Assembly (NCBI GenBank): GCA_963804995.1
Contig: CAWDSK010000006.1
Coordinates: 1,568,001 to 1,632,000 of the forward strand
DNA length: 64,000 bases
Direction of reading: 5' to 3'
Source: an uncultured Acidobacteriota bacterium
GTDB lineage: Bacteria; Acidobacteriota; Terriglobia; UBA7540
Under the pieces are notes generated by a model. That model searched no databases and was not told where the DNA came from. It saw only the letters and a list, made by a program, of their open reading frames with translations. Positions within the stretch are counted from its first letter, which is position 1, and every line of letters begins with the position of its first letter. Of the stretch, positions 49,094-58,821 are shown piece after piece. The position numbers were made by a program, and so were the translations under genes.

Positions 49094-49645
49094 ATGAGAG
49101 ATTGGCCACACAGTCCGGCGCATCGTTTTACGCCCGGGGGAACCTGCATGGTGACGGCGGGAACGTACCTCAAAGCGCCTTTCTTCCGAGGCGCGGACCG
49201 ATTGGAATACCTTAGCGGGATGCTCCTGGATCTTGCCGAAAAATACTTATGGCAGCTACAGGCCTGGGCGGTCTTTCCCAACCATTATCACTTCGTCGCC
49301 GTATCCCCGCCGCAGGGCGCGTCGCTCGTACAACTTACCCGGCATCTTCACGGACTTACCGCGATCGAAACCAATCGCCGGGACAACGCGGTGGGGCGTC
49401 ACGTTTGGTATCAATATTGGGATAAGGAATTGACCTTTCAGCGGTCCTACCTTGCACGCCTGAGTTACGTGCATAAGAACGCGGTTCATCACGGCCTGGT
49501 GCGGGAACCGTCTCTCTATCCCTGGTGCTCGGCGGGTTGGTTCCAGCGCGAGGCGGCAACGTCCTTTTACAAAACCGTGGTGGGGATGAAGACTGATCAA
49601 GTTCAGGTGACGGATGATTACACGGTCGACATCTCAGATATCTGA
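49094..49645 (+). CDS. REP-associated tyrosine (Y1 HUH) transposase, RAYT
   Basis: MVTAGT, AWAVFPNHYH, VWYQYWD and YVHKNAVHHGLV....YPWCS motifs; flanked by REPINs. Confidence 0.88.
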   Translation: MRDWPHSPAHRFTPGGTCMVTAGTYLKAPFFRGADRLEYLSGMLLDLAEKYLWQLQAWAVFPNHYHFVAVSPPQGASLVQLTRHLHGLTAIETNRRDNAVGRHVWYQYWDKELTFQRSYLARLSYVHKNAVHHGLVREPSLYPWCSAGWFQREAATSFYKTVVGMKTDQVQVTDDYTVDISDI

Positions 49646-49658
49646 GTTTTGAGCAATT

Positions 49659-49798
49659 TTGGAGTGCGGCGACTCGTCGCCGCTTTCTCACGTCGCGACT
49701 CGTCGCGACGTTCCAACCCCGCGAGCTTGCTCGCAGCGTAACACCGACCGCTGACCAGTCAGCGGTAGAAGAAGCGGGAGCGAGCTCCCGCACTCCAA
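49659..49798. repeat. GGAG-type multi-hairpin REPIN, right of the RAYT
   Basis: Direct-repeat homolog of 48946..49083. Confidence 0.88.
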
Positions 49799-49945
49799 AA
49801 CTGCTTTCGGCGATTTGCAGGCTGCTGCGCCTAACTCCGCGCTACCTCGCTGCTTCTTTCAGTGCTAAATTCTAACCTCCACGGCGGGAGGTTCGTCGAA
49901 CGACGGGCAAAGTGAGACTCTCCCTACCGCTTACAGGAAGGTAGA

Positions 49946-51407
49946 ATGAAGAACCAGCCATTCAACCGACGGAGATTCTTGAAGACAGCAGGGGCAAGTG
50001 CGCTGCTGGCTGGGTCCGGCGCAGTATCCGCTTTATCCGCGCCGTCGGAATCTGGCGCGCCACCAGCGCGAGGAATGGAGTCTATGGGAGATCCTGCCAT
50101 CGCCAAACTTATTATCCTGGATCCTGCGCACTTTCACGGGGCCGTCCTGCAAGAACAAATGACACCGGGAATTGACAAGCGTGTTGCCATTTACGCTCCG
50201 CTCGGCCCCGGCCTGCTGATTCACTTGCAGATCCTCGAACAATACAATCGCCGAGCGGATAATCCCACGAGCTGGGAATTGGATATTCACTGCAGCCCCC
50301 GGTCGCTCGAGGAAATGATCGCCACACGTCCGGGCAACGTCGTGGTGCTGGCGGGCCATAACGGCGCCAAGATCGGAAAAATCAAGTCCTCTCTGGAGGC
50401 AGGATTGAATGTGTTTGTGGACAAGCCTTGGATTATTCGCGCTGAGGACTTTCCTGCCCTGGAGTCAGCGCTGGCCCTGGCTGACCAGAAGCGCTTGATC
50501 GCCTACGACATGATGACGGAGCGGCACGAGATCACCCGAATCATCCAAAGAGAACTGGTCAATGACCCCGAGGTTTTTGGCAAGGTGGTTCCTGCTGACC
50601 CGGAGCACCCGGCGGTGTTCATGGAGAACGTCCACACCATCCTAAATACTGTCAACGGCGTTCCCAACCCGCGCCCGCCATTCTTCTTCGATATCCATGA
50701 CCAGGGGGTAGGGCTCACCGATGTCGGCACACATCTGGTGGACTTGGTGCAGTGGACGCTGTTTCCCAACCAGGCGATCAGTTATCGGGACAACATCCAG
50801 GTCCAGCGGGGCAAGCGCTGGTCGACACCGATCACGGCAGCGCAGTTCCGGCAGGTTACCGGGGCGGCCGCTTTCCCCCCCGAGCTTGCCCCCTACGTCG
50901 AAGGTGACCGGTTCAACTATTACTGCAACAATGAGGTGGATTACACGATTCGTGGCGTGCAGGTGCGATTGAAGACTGTGTGGGTTTGGGAACCGCGGGC
51001 CGGTGATGATTCTCCTGGCGCCATCTTCCGAGGCACTAACTCGAAGCGTCGAGCTGCGTCAGACCGCCAAAGCGAATTACCGGCCGGAGGTGTTCGTGGT
51101 CCCGAACCGCCCAGCGGACTTCCCCGCCCTCACCCAGGCTGTACGCCGCCGCATCGCGAGCCTAAAGGGAACCTATCCGGGAATCGAAGCTGAGGCCACA
51201 GGAAGCAAGGTGCACATCTCGGTTCCGGCTCTCACCCGCCAGGGCCTCGGAGCGCACTTATCCCAAGTGGCGGCAGAGTTTCTCACTTACATGAAGTCGC
51301 CCGAATCGATGCCCGCCTGGGAGCGGCCGAATATGCTGGCGAAATACTTCGTTACGACAACGGGCGTCCAAATGAGTCAGCCCGCGGGTCGTGAAGCCTT
51401 CGCCTAA
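49946..51407 (+). CDS. Tat-exported Gfo/Idh/MocA-like oxidoreductase; 1-bp frameshift at ~51044
   Basis: NRRRFLK signal; DPAHFH, VFVDKPW, YDMMTER and DVGTHLVD motifs; C-terminus ...WERPNMLAKYFVTT in the shifted frame. Confidence 0.8.
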
Positions 51408-51486
51408 ACACTGGCCGGGAGAGTATCGCTGCGGAACATTGACCCCCAAGAACCGGGGGCGCGTCACTCGGCGACCATAATGAATC

Positions 51487-51625
51487 CATAGCCCTCTCCC
51501 GTGGGGGGAGGGTGGACCGCTGCCGGCGCCTTAACCAGCCGGAGCGGGACGGGCCTACGCCCACCGAAGGGCCACCTGGGAGCTGTAAACGACTTCGGCT
51601 TCGGCCCGCAGGCGGGTGAGGGGTT
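51487..51625 (+). repeat. CCCTCTCC-type REP with a nested ~60-bp insertion
   Basis: Core is split between GGGACGGG and TGAGGGG, with CGGG on both sides of the insert. Confidence 0.65.
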
Positions 51626-51876
51626 TCCTCGTAGCCGATGTATTATGCGCCACCAGGTGGAAGCACCAGGGTTTCCCGAATGTATCGGCGCAAAGAAGGA
51701 GTCGTGACGCAGCCGCCCGTGTGGGAGATTTGGGCATTTACCACATGAAGAACCGCGGACCCCAAAAACGGGGGACCGCGCTACAACGTATTTGCACGCT
51801 GGTCAGCCTGCTGATTTTTTGGGGGTGGGGTTGCGACGCCACGCAGGCGATCACAGCCTAATCCGTCGACAACGGG

Positions 51877-52290
51877 TCAGTACCCCTTGGCCTCTTCCTT
51901 GATCTTCTTTGCCAGCTTCTCAATCTTCTCAGCTCGGTGAATGACGTCGACGGAAAGGATATTGATGTTCGTCTTGTTGAGTTCATCGCGCAGCCCGGTG
52001 GCCATGTCGGCAAGCTCCGAGGCATCGTCTTTCGTTTTCTCGAAGTTGGTCTTCATCATGGCGGCCTTCTGCTTGGCGGTCAGCGGTGTCCCCGCGTTCT
52101 TATCCGACGGGTTGACATCCGGCGCCTGGGAACGCCCTCCGTGGCGCCCAGTTCCAGAATCCTGGGGTACTGCCAGGCCAGAGCCAAGCTGGGAGGGCCC
52201 AGCGCCGAGAGCGATCACGAGGGCCGCAACCAGCCAAGCCAGGCGGACGAGGGATCCACGGAACCAATGAAACCGATGGGTTCGAGCCAT
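51877..52290 (-). CDS. Hypothetical exported protein
   Basis: Hydrophobic N-terminus; helical C-terminus ...AEKIEKLAKKIK; AAGGA RBS. Confidence 0.65.
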   Translation of the reverse strand: MARTHRFHWFRGSLVRLAWLVAALVIALGAGPSQLGSGLAVPQDSGTGRHGGRSQAPDVNPSDKNAGTPLTAKQKAAMMKTNFEKTKDDASELADMATGLRDELNKTNINILSVDVIHRAEKIEKLAKKIKEEAKGY

Positions 52291-52603
52291 GCTGATATCC
52301 TTTACTGAGCCCCACGAAGCTCCTGCGGAGTCAAAGCTTACGCTTTTTGATTCTAACCTTGTGCCCTCTGGACTGCAATTGCCGGCCGGCCAAGGTCAGT
52401 CTGCCGAAGAGAGGCGGGGACCAGGCCCGAATCGGTCGCACGCCAGCGAGCGAGGTAAACTCGCTGCTTCGCCACAAAACTGACCTGATTTTCTCTCGAG
52501 ACTTAAACCACTACCATAGAACTGCCGTAAGGGCGGGGCTAATAAGCTTGCGGAGGAACCCGTTGGCGCTGCCATTATCAACACCACCGCTTTATGCCCT
52601 TTT

Positions 52604-52720
52604 CAGCACCACCCCGGCGCCCGGCGCGCCACCCCTCCTGATTCAGGAGGGGTGGCGCGCCAAGCCCCCATAGCGCGTTCTTTCCAAATTGATCATCGGG
52701 GCCAGGCGCCGGGGTGGTTA
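52604..52720. repeat. REP-like palindrome, same family as 15399-15575
   Basis: cagcaccaccccggcg...gcgccacccctcctgattcaggaggggtggcgcgcc. Confidence 0.7.
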
Positions 52721-52787
52721 TTGTGCAATCAACAACTGCTTCCCACCTATCCCGACCCTGTCAGGACTCGCAAAAGGCGTTCGTTGC

Positions 52788-53822
52788 CTACTGCCCCAGC
52801 GTGAAGTTCACACTGATTTCCGTCAGCACATCCACCGGCTCGCCATTCAGCAGCGTGGGTTGGTAGCGCCAGGTCTTGACAGCATCCGTCGCCGCCTGGA
52901 CCAGTAGCGGGTGGCCACTCATGACCTTCAGGTCCTGCACCGACCCATCTTTGCCGATGATCGCTTGCAGCACGACGATTCCTTGGATGCGCGCCATGAG
53001 AGCCAATTGGGGATAGGGCGGCTTCGGCTGAAACAGCGCCTGGGCCTGCATGACGGTGCCGCCCCGGCGGATCATCTGCTGTTTGGGAGCAACATGAGTG
53101 GGCGGTGGAGCAGGCGTCTCCCTGCCCCACGGCACGCTGCCGATGACCGCCGTCAACGTTCCGTCAGGTATTCCGCCCGAAGGTGCGCCAGGCACCCACT
53201 GTCCCGTGTCCGCACCCACTTCAGGCGGTGCCGGGTTCTCCACTATAAGCACCACATGTTCAGGCATAACGATGCGTGAGTGCAGCAAGTCCACGGTGTG
53301 ATGGGGAGTTCCCTTGATGGGTTGCGCCACGGGCGCGGCAGGCCGGCCCCGCGGAGGCGCGATGTGCCACTCGGTGATCAACATCTGCCTCGGCAATGCC
53401 TGAGTGTAGATGAGTGGCGCGAGGACCAGAACGCCCACCAGCAGCGCTTCGGCGACATAGGCGAGAGAGACCGCCGCGCGCTTCCAATCACCACTCTTCG
53501 CCGCGGCGTAAACCAGGTAGCCGAGAAAACCCAGGAGATTGAGCAGCAAGGTTGCGGTGAGCCACGGCCAGGTGGGCAAGTGCTGCTGCTTGGAATCCGC
53601 CCAAACATAGCAGAGCAGCAGCGTGTAGGCTGCGGCGACATTTCCCACCATCGCCGCCGTGATAAAAAGCGCCCGCATTTCCACCAACACCAGCACCGCC
53701 GGAAGCAGGTACAAGCCTTGAACGAAAACCAGCGTGCCAACCAGGGCCGATAGCAGGTAGTGAATGCGGCGCAAAACGGGCATCCGCCCGGGAGCAGATT
53801 CAAGTAGCGCATCCTCGAACAT
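52788..53822 (-). CDS. TonB-family energy transducer with extra N-terminal TM module
   Basis: GAGGAGG RBS; MFEDALLES start; Pro-rich linker; PPYPQLALMARIQGIVVLQAIIGKDG...WRYQPTLLNGEPV. Confidence 0.85.
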   Translation of the reverse strand: MFEDALLESAPGRMPVLRRIHYLLSALVGTLVFVQGLYLLPAVLVLVEMRALFITAAMVGNVAAAYTLLLCYVWADSKQQHLPTWPWLTATLLLNLLGFLGYLVYAAAKSGDWKRAAVSLAYVAEALLVGVLVLAPLIYTQALPRQMLITEWHIAPPRGRPAAPVAQPIKGTPHHTVDLLHSRIVMPEHVVLIVENPAPPEVGADTGQWVPGAPSGGIPDGTLTAVIGSVPWGRETPAPPPTHVAPKQQMIRRGGTVMQAQALFQPKPPYPQLALMARIQGIVVLQAIIGKDGSVQDLKVMSGHPLLVQAATDAVKTWRYQPTLLNGEPVDVLTEISVNFTLGQ

Positions 53823-53973
53823 GGCTGTGCCTCCTCGATTGACGATTCCGTCTCGTCTTCCAGGTGACAGCCGCGGAGCGCTCCATCGACTGCTTGCCTT
53901 CTCTTTCCACCCTATTCGACACCGCACCAACTCCGGAAGTTCCGCTATTTTGGGATTGGTTAACACGTGCAGA

Positions 53974-54816
53974 CTAGAAGGGTGGCCACTTCTCCGCTTC
54001 GGCGCGTGTTACGTTACGCGAGCCACCCAGGTCCGCCGCCCTGACCACACCCGATTCATCGCAGGCAAAAGTGCGGCGCGCATAGGGCACGGAGGGTAGC
54101 AGGGCCCGCACCAGGGAAATGGGAATGGGGGGTCTCCCGTAATGCACGGGAACGGCGTAGGCAAAATACTGCTTCTCATCCCGGGCGGCGTCGCCGCTCA
54201 GGACCACCTCGTAACGATAGACGGGCCGGTGGAGTCGCTCCCAGAGCATGTCATCCAATAATCCCGCCTTGTGCAGTTGCTCCAAACTGCCGTATTCGCC
54301 CAAGCCGTTCTTGTTCACATCCAGCGTGGCGTTGCTCTGAAATTGCTGCTCGGCGACGTGGATGGTCCGCAAATTCGCAAAAGCGGCGTGCTCAACCAAG
54401 GAACCTTGGAAGGGATAGTTCAGAGACGCCATATAATTCGCCACTCCGAAAAGCGCGAACAGAATGACGACACCCCCCCAAGCTAGGCGCTTTTTTCCTT
54501 GGCCACGCGCTATCGCCTGAACGCCGCGTCTTATTCCGTAACCAAGAATGATCAGGAGCGGAATCATCGCGATCTCTGTGCCACCCATAGTCAGAAGCGT
54601 GCAAAGAGCCAGCAGCAGGCCCGTCAGCAAGCGCCACTTGCGTTGCTGCTGCGTCACCTGAGCCCCGGCCAACCGGTACCCCAGTATCGCGACGGGGAAG
54701 ATCAAAATCAGTGTGAGGAGACCGTCAGGTTGTGGCGGGTTGTTGGCATAAGCCGGAATTGCGCCCGCGACCATGCACCAGAAGAGCCAGAGAAGCACCT
54801 GATATCGCGATTTCAA
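53974..54816 (-). CDS. Hypothetical membrane protein with pilin-like C-terminal domain
   Basis: TM helices, then AAFANLRTIHVAEQQF...GEYGSLEQL...FAYAVP..YG...RTFACDESGVVR. Confidence 0.55.
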   Translation of the reverse strand: MKSRYQVLLWLFWCMVAGAIPAYANNPPQPDGLLTLILIFPVAILGYRLAGAQVTQQQRKWRLLTGLLLALCTLLTMGGTEIAMIPLLIILGYGIRRGVQAIARGQGKKRLAWGGVVILFALFGVANYMASLNYPFQGSLVEHAAFANLRTIHVAEQQFQSNATLDVNKNGLGEYGSLEQLHKAGLLDDMLWERLHRPVYRYEVVLSGDAARDEKQYFAYAVPVHYGRPPIPISLVRALLPSVPYARRTFACDESGVVRAADLGGSRNVTRAEAEKWPPF

Positions 54817-55481
54817 GGAACACCTCCTAGGCGGCGGGCGGAAGCCGATTGCCCCTCCTGCCAGGAGAATCTCCAGTCCTGGTCAGGAAAGAAGTCGGTC
54901 TTTGAAAACGTAAAAGCGCTCGACCGGCCTGCGCCCGGGATTTCGACTACGGGGTAGTTCGAAGAGTCCAGATGATAATCTGCGGGCAACTGCAACCGGA
55001 AAGACGCGTGTGTAATCGGGCGTCCCCAGGCGCGCGTCGTAGTTAGCAGGTAACGCCCTTCGTGGCTTCGGGTGGCTTGCCAGTAATCGAGTTGAATCCA
55101 CTTGGCCGCGCGCGGGAGGAAGAGCAGGCGAACGGTTGGCGCCGCATGCGACCCGCGCAGGTCCAATTCCTTCACGACGCGCCGGGCTTCGTCCACCTCG
55201 ACAAGCGTAAAGGTTTCCGGCACGGGATGATCCTGGTCCACAGGAAAGGGAGTGGCCAAGGTCAGCAAGGCCGGCAAGTGAGAAGCGTTCTGGTAATGGT
55301 AAAGACCCTGGACGTGAATCAACCCCTCCGCCACTTCAACGTCAATGCTTTCGCGGTCGAATCGGACTGTCGTGAATCGGCCGCTTAGGAAATAGAAGGC
55401 CAATGCCGAGAGCAGGCAGGCGCCTGCCACATCACTCCAGCCCGCCCAAAGAATCTTACCGGCCTTTAGCCATCGCCTCAT
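54813..55481 (-). CDS. Hypothetical membrane-anchored protein
   Basis: One N-terminal TM; overlaps the next gene by 4 nt; RYLLTTTRAWGRPI motif. Confidence 0.6.
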   Translation of the reverse strand: MRRWLKAGKILWAGWSDVAGACLLSALAFYFLSGRFTTVRFDRESIDVEVAEGLIHVQGLYHYQNASHLPALLTLATPFPVDQDHPVPETFTLVEVDEARRVVKELDLRGSHAAPTVRLLFLPRAAKWIQLDYWQATRSHEGRYLLTTTRAWGRPITHASFRLQLPADYHLDSSNYPVVEIPGAGRSSAFTFSKTDFFPDQDWRFSWQEGQSASARRLGGVP

Positions 55482-55653
55482 CTAACGGTCCACCCGGGCA
55501 GGATTGTAAACCAGGAATGGAGTTCCTGCTCCTTTTCGAGACGCACTTCTCCAGGCGACCTTTTAGTCTCGGGGGCCGCTGGCGGTCCAGGCTGCGGCAG
55601 AGGCGCGCGGACAACGCTCAACAACACCATTCTGGCAATTGGCAGAAGAGATC

Positions 55654-56187
55654 TTAGGCGGCTTGGGGTTGCGCACTTGCGAACGGGGACAGATCGAGCT
55701 TCATCTCAACTTCATCTCCGCAACTGCTGAGAGTGCAGAAGCCTAATTTGCGGAACAATCGCAGAGCGCGGAAGTTGGAGAGTTCAGTGGTAAGGTAGGC
55801 TTGGGAGTAACCCATGCACAGCGCCCAACTGAGCGTCAGGCGGCTAAGCGCAGTGCCCAATCCTTCCTCGCGATAATCTTGATGCACGAAAATGGTGAAT
55901 TCCACCGAACCCGCCGGCATCGGGCAGAGGATCGTATGGCCAACGACCCGATCGCCGTCCACGGCCAGCAACGCTTGCGACTTTTGTTGCAATTGGTCGA
56001 GCCAGTGGGCGATACGAGGAACGTCAGGAGGTGGCAGGCCCTGGGCTACCCTTTTGGGCTCGAAGACCTTATACATTTGAACGAGGGCGCCAAAGTCCCC
56101 GGGTCCATAGGCGCGGACTTCGAGTTTTCGACCCTTGCGGGTTTCGATCACTGACGAATTGAACTCAACTTCCGAAACGTCCGTCAT
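55654..56187 (-). CDS. GNAT-family N-acetyltransferase
   Basis: FVHQDYREEGLGT and NFRALRLFRKLGF motifs; GAGGAGG RBS. Confidence 0.85.
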   Translation of the reverse strand: MTDVSEVEFNSSVIETRKGRKLEVRAYGPGDFGALVQMYKVFEPKRVAQGLPPPDVPRIAHWLDQLQQKSQALLAVDGDRVVGHTILCPMPAGSVEFTIFVHQDYREEGLGTALSRLTLSWALCMGYSQAYLTTELSNFRALRLFRKLGFCTLSSCGDEVEMKLDLSPFASAQPQAA

Positions 56188-56583
56188 CACCCTCCTCAGA
56201 GCAAACGGAGTACCAGTCTTCCCTTCCCCACAGACCGACCCATCCGGCGACCAACTCCAAGACACCCTGTCACGGAACGACGGCCACAAAGGTCCTCCCG
56301 GGTTGAACCACCGGTAAACCGGAGGGTGCAATCGTTTCGGCGCCTAGGCCATATGTCGTATTGCCGTTCGAGCGATGATGTGTGGCAGACTGCTACGCGC
56401 GGTGTCGCAAACCTCAACAACACTTCTACTGATCCCCTGAAACGCCCTTTTGGTCACTGCCGCCTCGTGGCGCTTCCCCCCCCCACGGTTGAGTCAAAAT
56501 CCACACACGGGTTCGGGTCAAACCCGGCGGATTGCTGCGCGACCTCCCCCCTGAGTTCATGAAGCCACACACCTTGAGACCCA

Positions 56584-58707
56584 ATGCACAAGGGTGCTAA
56601 GCTCAATCGGATGGCTGGCCCTGCCCCTCTCGAACCCACGAACCTCGCGGCAGTCGAGCGTTACCGCGCCCTGCTTGAGATTTCTGAATCCATTGCTTCG
56701 CATCGCGACCTGGCGGAGCTTTTCCGTTCGCTTGCAGCATTGCTGCATCGCCTGGTGACGTTCGATTTCATCTGCCTCACGCTTCCTGACTTGGCGCGCG
56801 GCATCGTGCGGCTGCACGTTCTGGAGAGTTCACTGCCGACCCGTATCCAGCCCGGACTGGAAATCCCCATGGCGGAAAACGTGCGCCAGTTGGTTTGGGA
56901 GAACCAGCAGCCGTTGGTCATTTCCCATCTCGAGCGCGACGCGCGTTTTCCGATTGTTAGCGACCTGCTGCGCCAGGATGGTGTGCAGTCACTCTGCGTG
57001 CTGCCGCTTACCACAGCCCAACGACGAGTAGGCGCCATGGCCCTTGGTTCAGTCGAAGCGAGCGCTTACGACGCCGCCGATCTCGAATTCCTCCAGCAGG
57101 TGGCGGCGCAAGTGGCCGTGGCCGTCGACAATGCCCTGAACTTCCAGAACGCCCAGATCTACCAACAGGAACTCGCCCGTGAGCGCGATCGCCTGCGCTT
57201 GCTGCTGGAAGTAAACAATGCCCTCGTTTCCACGCTCGATCTTCGTCAGTTGCTTGCCGCCATTTCTGCCTGTTTGCGGCGCGTGATGAATCACGACTAC
57301 GCCAGCCTGGCGCTTTATGAACCCACCGCCCAGCAACTCCGCCTGCAAGCGCTAGATTTCCCGCGGGGCAAGGGGCTGCTCCAGGAAGAAATGGTGATCC
57401 CCCTTGAGGGCACGCCTTCCGGTGAGGTCATCGCCACGCGCAAACCCGTGATCATTTCCGGCGCCAACCTCAATCACTTCGAGCCGGGCATCAGCCGCCT
57501 CTTCATCGCGGAAGGTCTCCACTCCGGTTGCCTGGTGCCGCTGATCACCGCCAACCGCATCCTCGGCACGCTCAGCCTCGCCAGCCTCCGCCCCAGCGCT
57601 TTCACCCAAGAGGACGTTGATTTGCTGATGCGAGTGGCGACCCAGGTGGCCATCGCGATTGAAAACGCCCTTGCCTATCGCGAGATTGCCGAGCTTAAAA
57701 ACAAGCTTGCCGACGAAAAACTCTACCTGGAAGAGGAAATCCGCACCGAATACACCTTCGAAGAAATTGTGGGCGAAAGTCCCGCCCTGAAGCGCGTGTT
57801 GAGCCAGGTGGAAACCGTGGCCGCGACGGATTCCAGCGTGCTCATTCTCGGCGAGACCGGCACCGGCAAAGAAGTGATTGCACGCGCCATCCACAATTTA
57901 AGCTTGCGGGCCGAGCGCACGTTTGTAAAAGTCAATTGCGCCGCCATCCCCACGGGTTTGCTGGAAAGTGAGCTCTTTGGCCACGAGAAGGGTGCCTTTA
58001 CCGGGGCCATCGCGCAGAAGGTTGGGCGCTTCGAGCTCGCGCATCATGGCACGCTCTTCCTCGACGAGGTCGGCGACATTCCGCTGGAGCTTCAGCCCAA
58101 ACTGTTGCGCGTCCTTCAGGAAAAGGAATTTGAGCGCCTCGGCGGTACCCGCACGCTGCACGTCGATGTGCGGGTGGTTGCCGCCACCAACCGCGACTTG
58201 ACCCAGATGGTGGAAGACCGCCTCTTCCGCAGCGACCTTTACTATCGCTTGAATGTATTCCCCATCGTTGTGCCTCCTTTGCGCGAGCGCGCCGAAGACA
58301 TTCCGAGGCTGGTCCGCTATTTCACGCAGAAGTACGCCCGGCGCATGGATCGCCGCATCGAGACCATTCCGGCGGAAGAGATGGAAGCGCTTACCCGCTA
58401 TCATTGGCCCGGCAACGTACGCGAACTCGAGAACCTCATTGAACGCGCCGTCATCCTGTCGCGCGGCCCCGCCTTGCACGTGCCCTTGCCGGAGGACCGC
58501 CTTTCGGGCGACGCGCCTTCCCTTTCTCCCGTGACCCTGGCCGCCGCGGAACGCGATCACATCCTGCGCGCTTTGGAAGAAACGGATTGGGTCATCGCCG
58601 GACCGCACGGCGCCGCGGCACGCCTGGGAATGAAACGCACGACCCTCCAGTCGCGCATGGCAAAGCTGGGTATATCCCGTCCTGGCCGCTCCCGCAACGG
58701 GCACTGA
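56584..58707 (+). CDS. Sigma54-dependent activator, FhlA-like (2 GAF + AAA+ + HTH)
   Basis: [35 protein letters not shown] and [17 protein letters not shown] motifs. Confidence 0.93.
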   Translation: MHKGAKLNRMAGPAPLEPTNLAAVERYRALLEISESIASHRDLAELFRSLAALLHRLVTFDFICLTLPDLARGIVRLHVLESSLPTRIQPGLEIPMAENVRQLVWENQQPLVISHLERDARFPIVSDLLRQDGVQSLCVLPLTTAQRRVGAMALGSVEASAYDAADLEFLQQVAAQVAVAVDNALNFQNAQIYQQELARERDRLRLLLEVNNALVSTLDLRQLLAAISACLRRVMNHDYASLALYEPTAQQLRLQALDFPRGKGLLQEEMVIPLEGTPSGEVIATRKPVIISGANLNHFEPGISRLFIAEGLHSGCLVPLITANRILGTLSLASLRPSAFTQEDVDLLMRVATQVAIAIENALAYREIAELKNKLADEKLYLEEEIRTEYTFEEIVGESPALKRVLSQVETVAATDSSVLILGETGTGKEVIARAIHNLSLRAERTFVKVNCAAIPTGLLESELFGHEKGAFTGAIAQKVGRFELAHHGTLFLDEVGDIPLELQPKLLRVLQEKEFERLGGTRTLHVDVRVVAATNRDLTQMVEDRLFRSDLYYRLNVFPIVVPPLRERAEDIPRLVRYFTQKYARRMDRRIETIPAEEMEALTRYHWPGNVRELENLIERAVILSRGPALHVPLPEDRLSGDAPSLSPVTLAAAERDHILRALEETDWVIAGPHGAAARLGMKRTTLQSRMAKLGISRPGRSRNGH

Positions 58708-58821
58708 AGGTCTCACGGCAGGACGACATTCCATAGGGCGGTGCGCTGCAACTTGACCGCGTTCGGGTCATTCGCCATAATGCCATCCTCTTCTATAAGC
58801 CACGTCGGTGGGGGGCCAAGC

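Noticed and set aside
56200..56580. Sigma54 promoter or riboswitch between the GNAT and FhlA-like genes
   Set aside because: No TGGCAC-N5-TTGC with correct spacing and no recognisable riboswitch consensus was found by eye.
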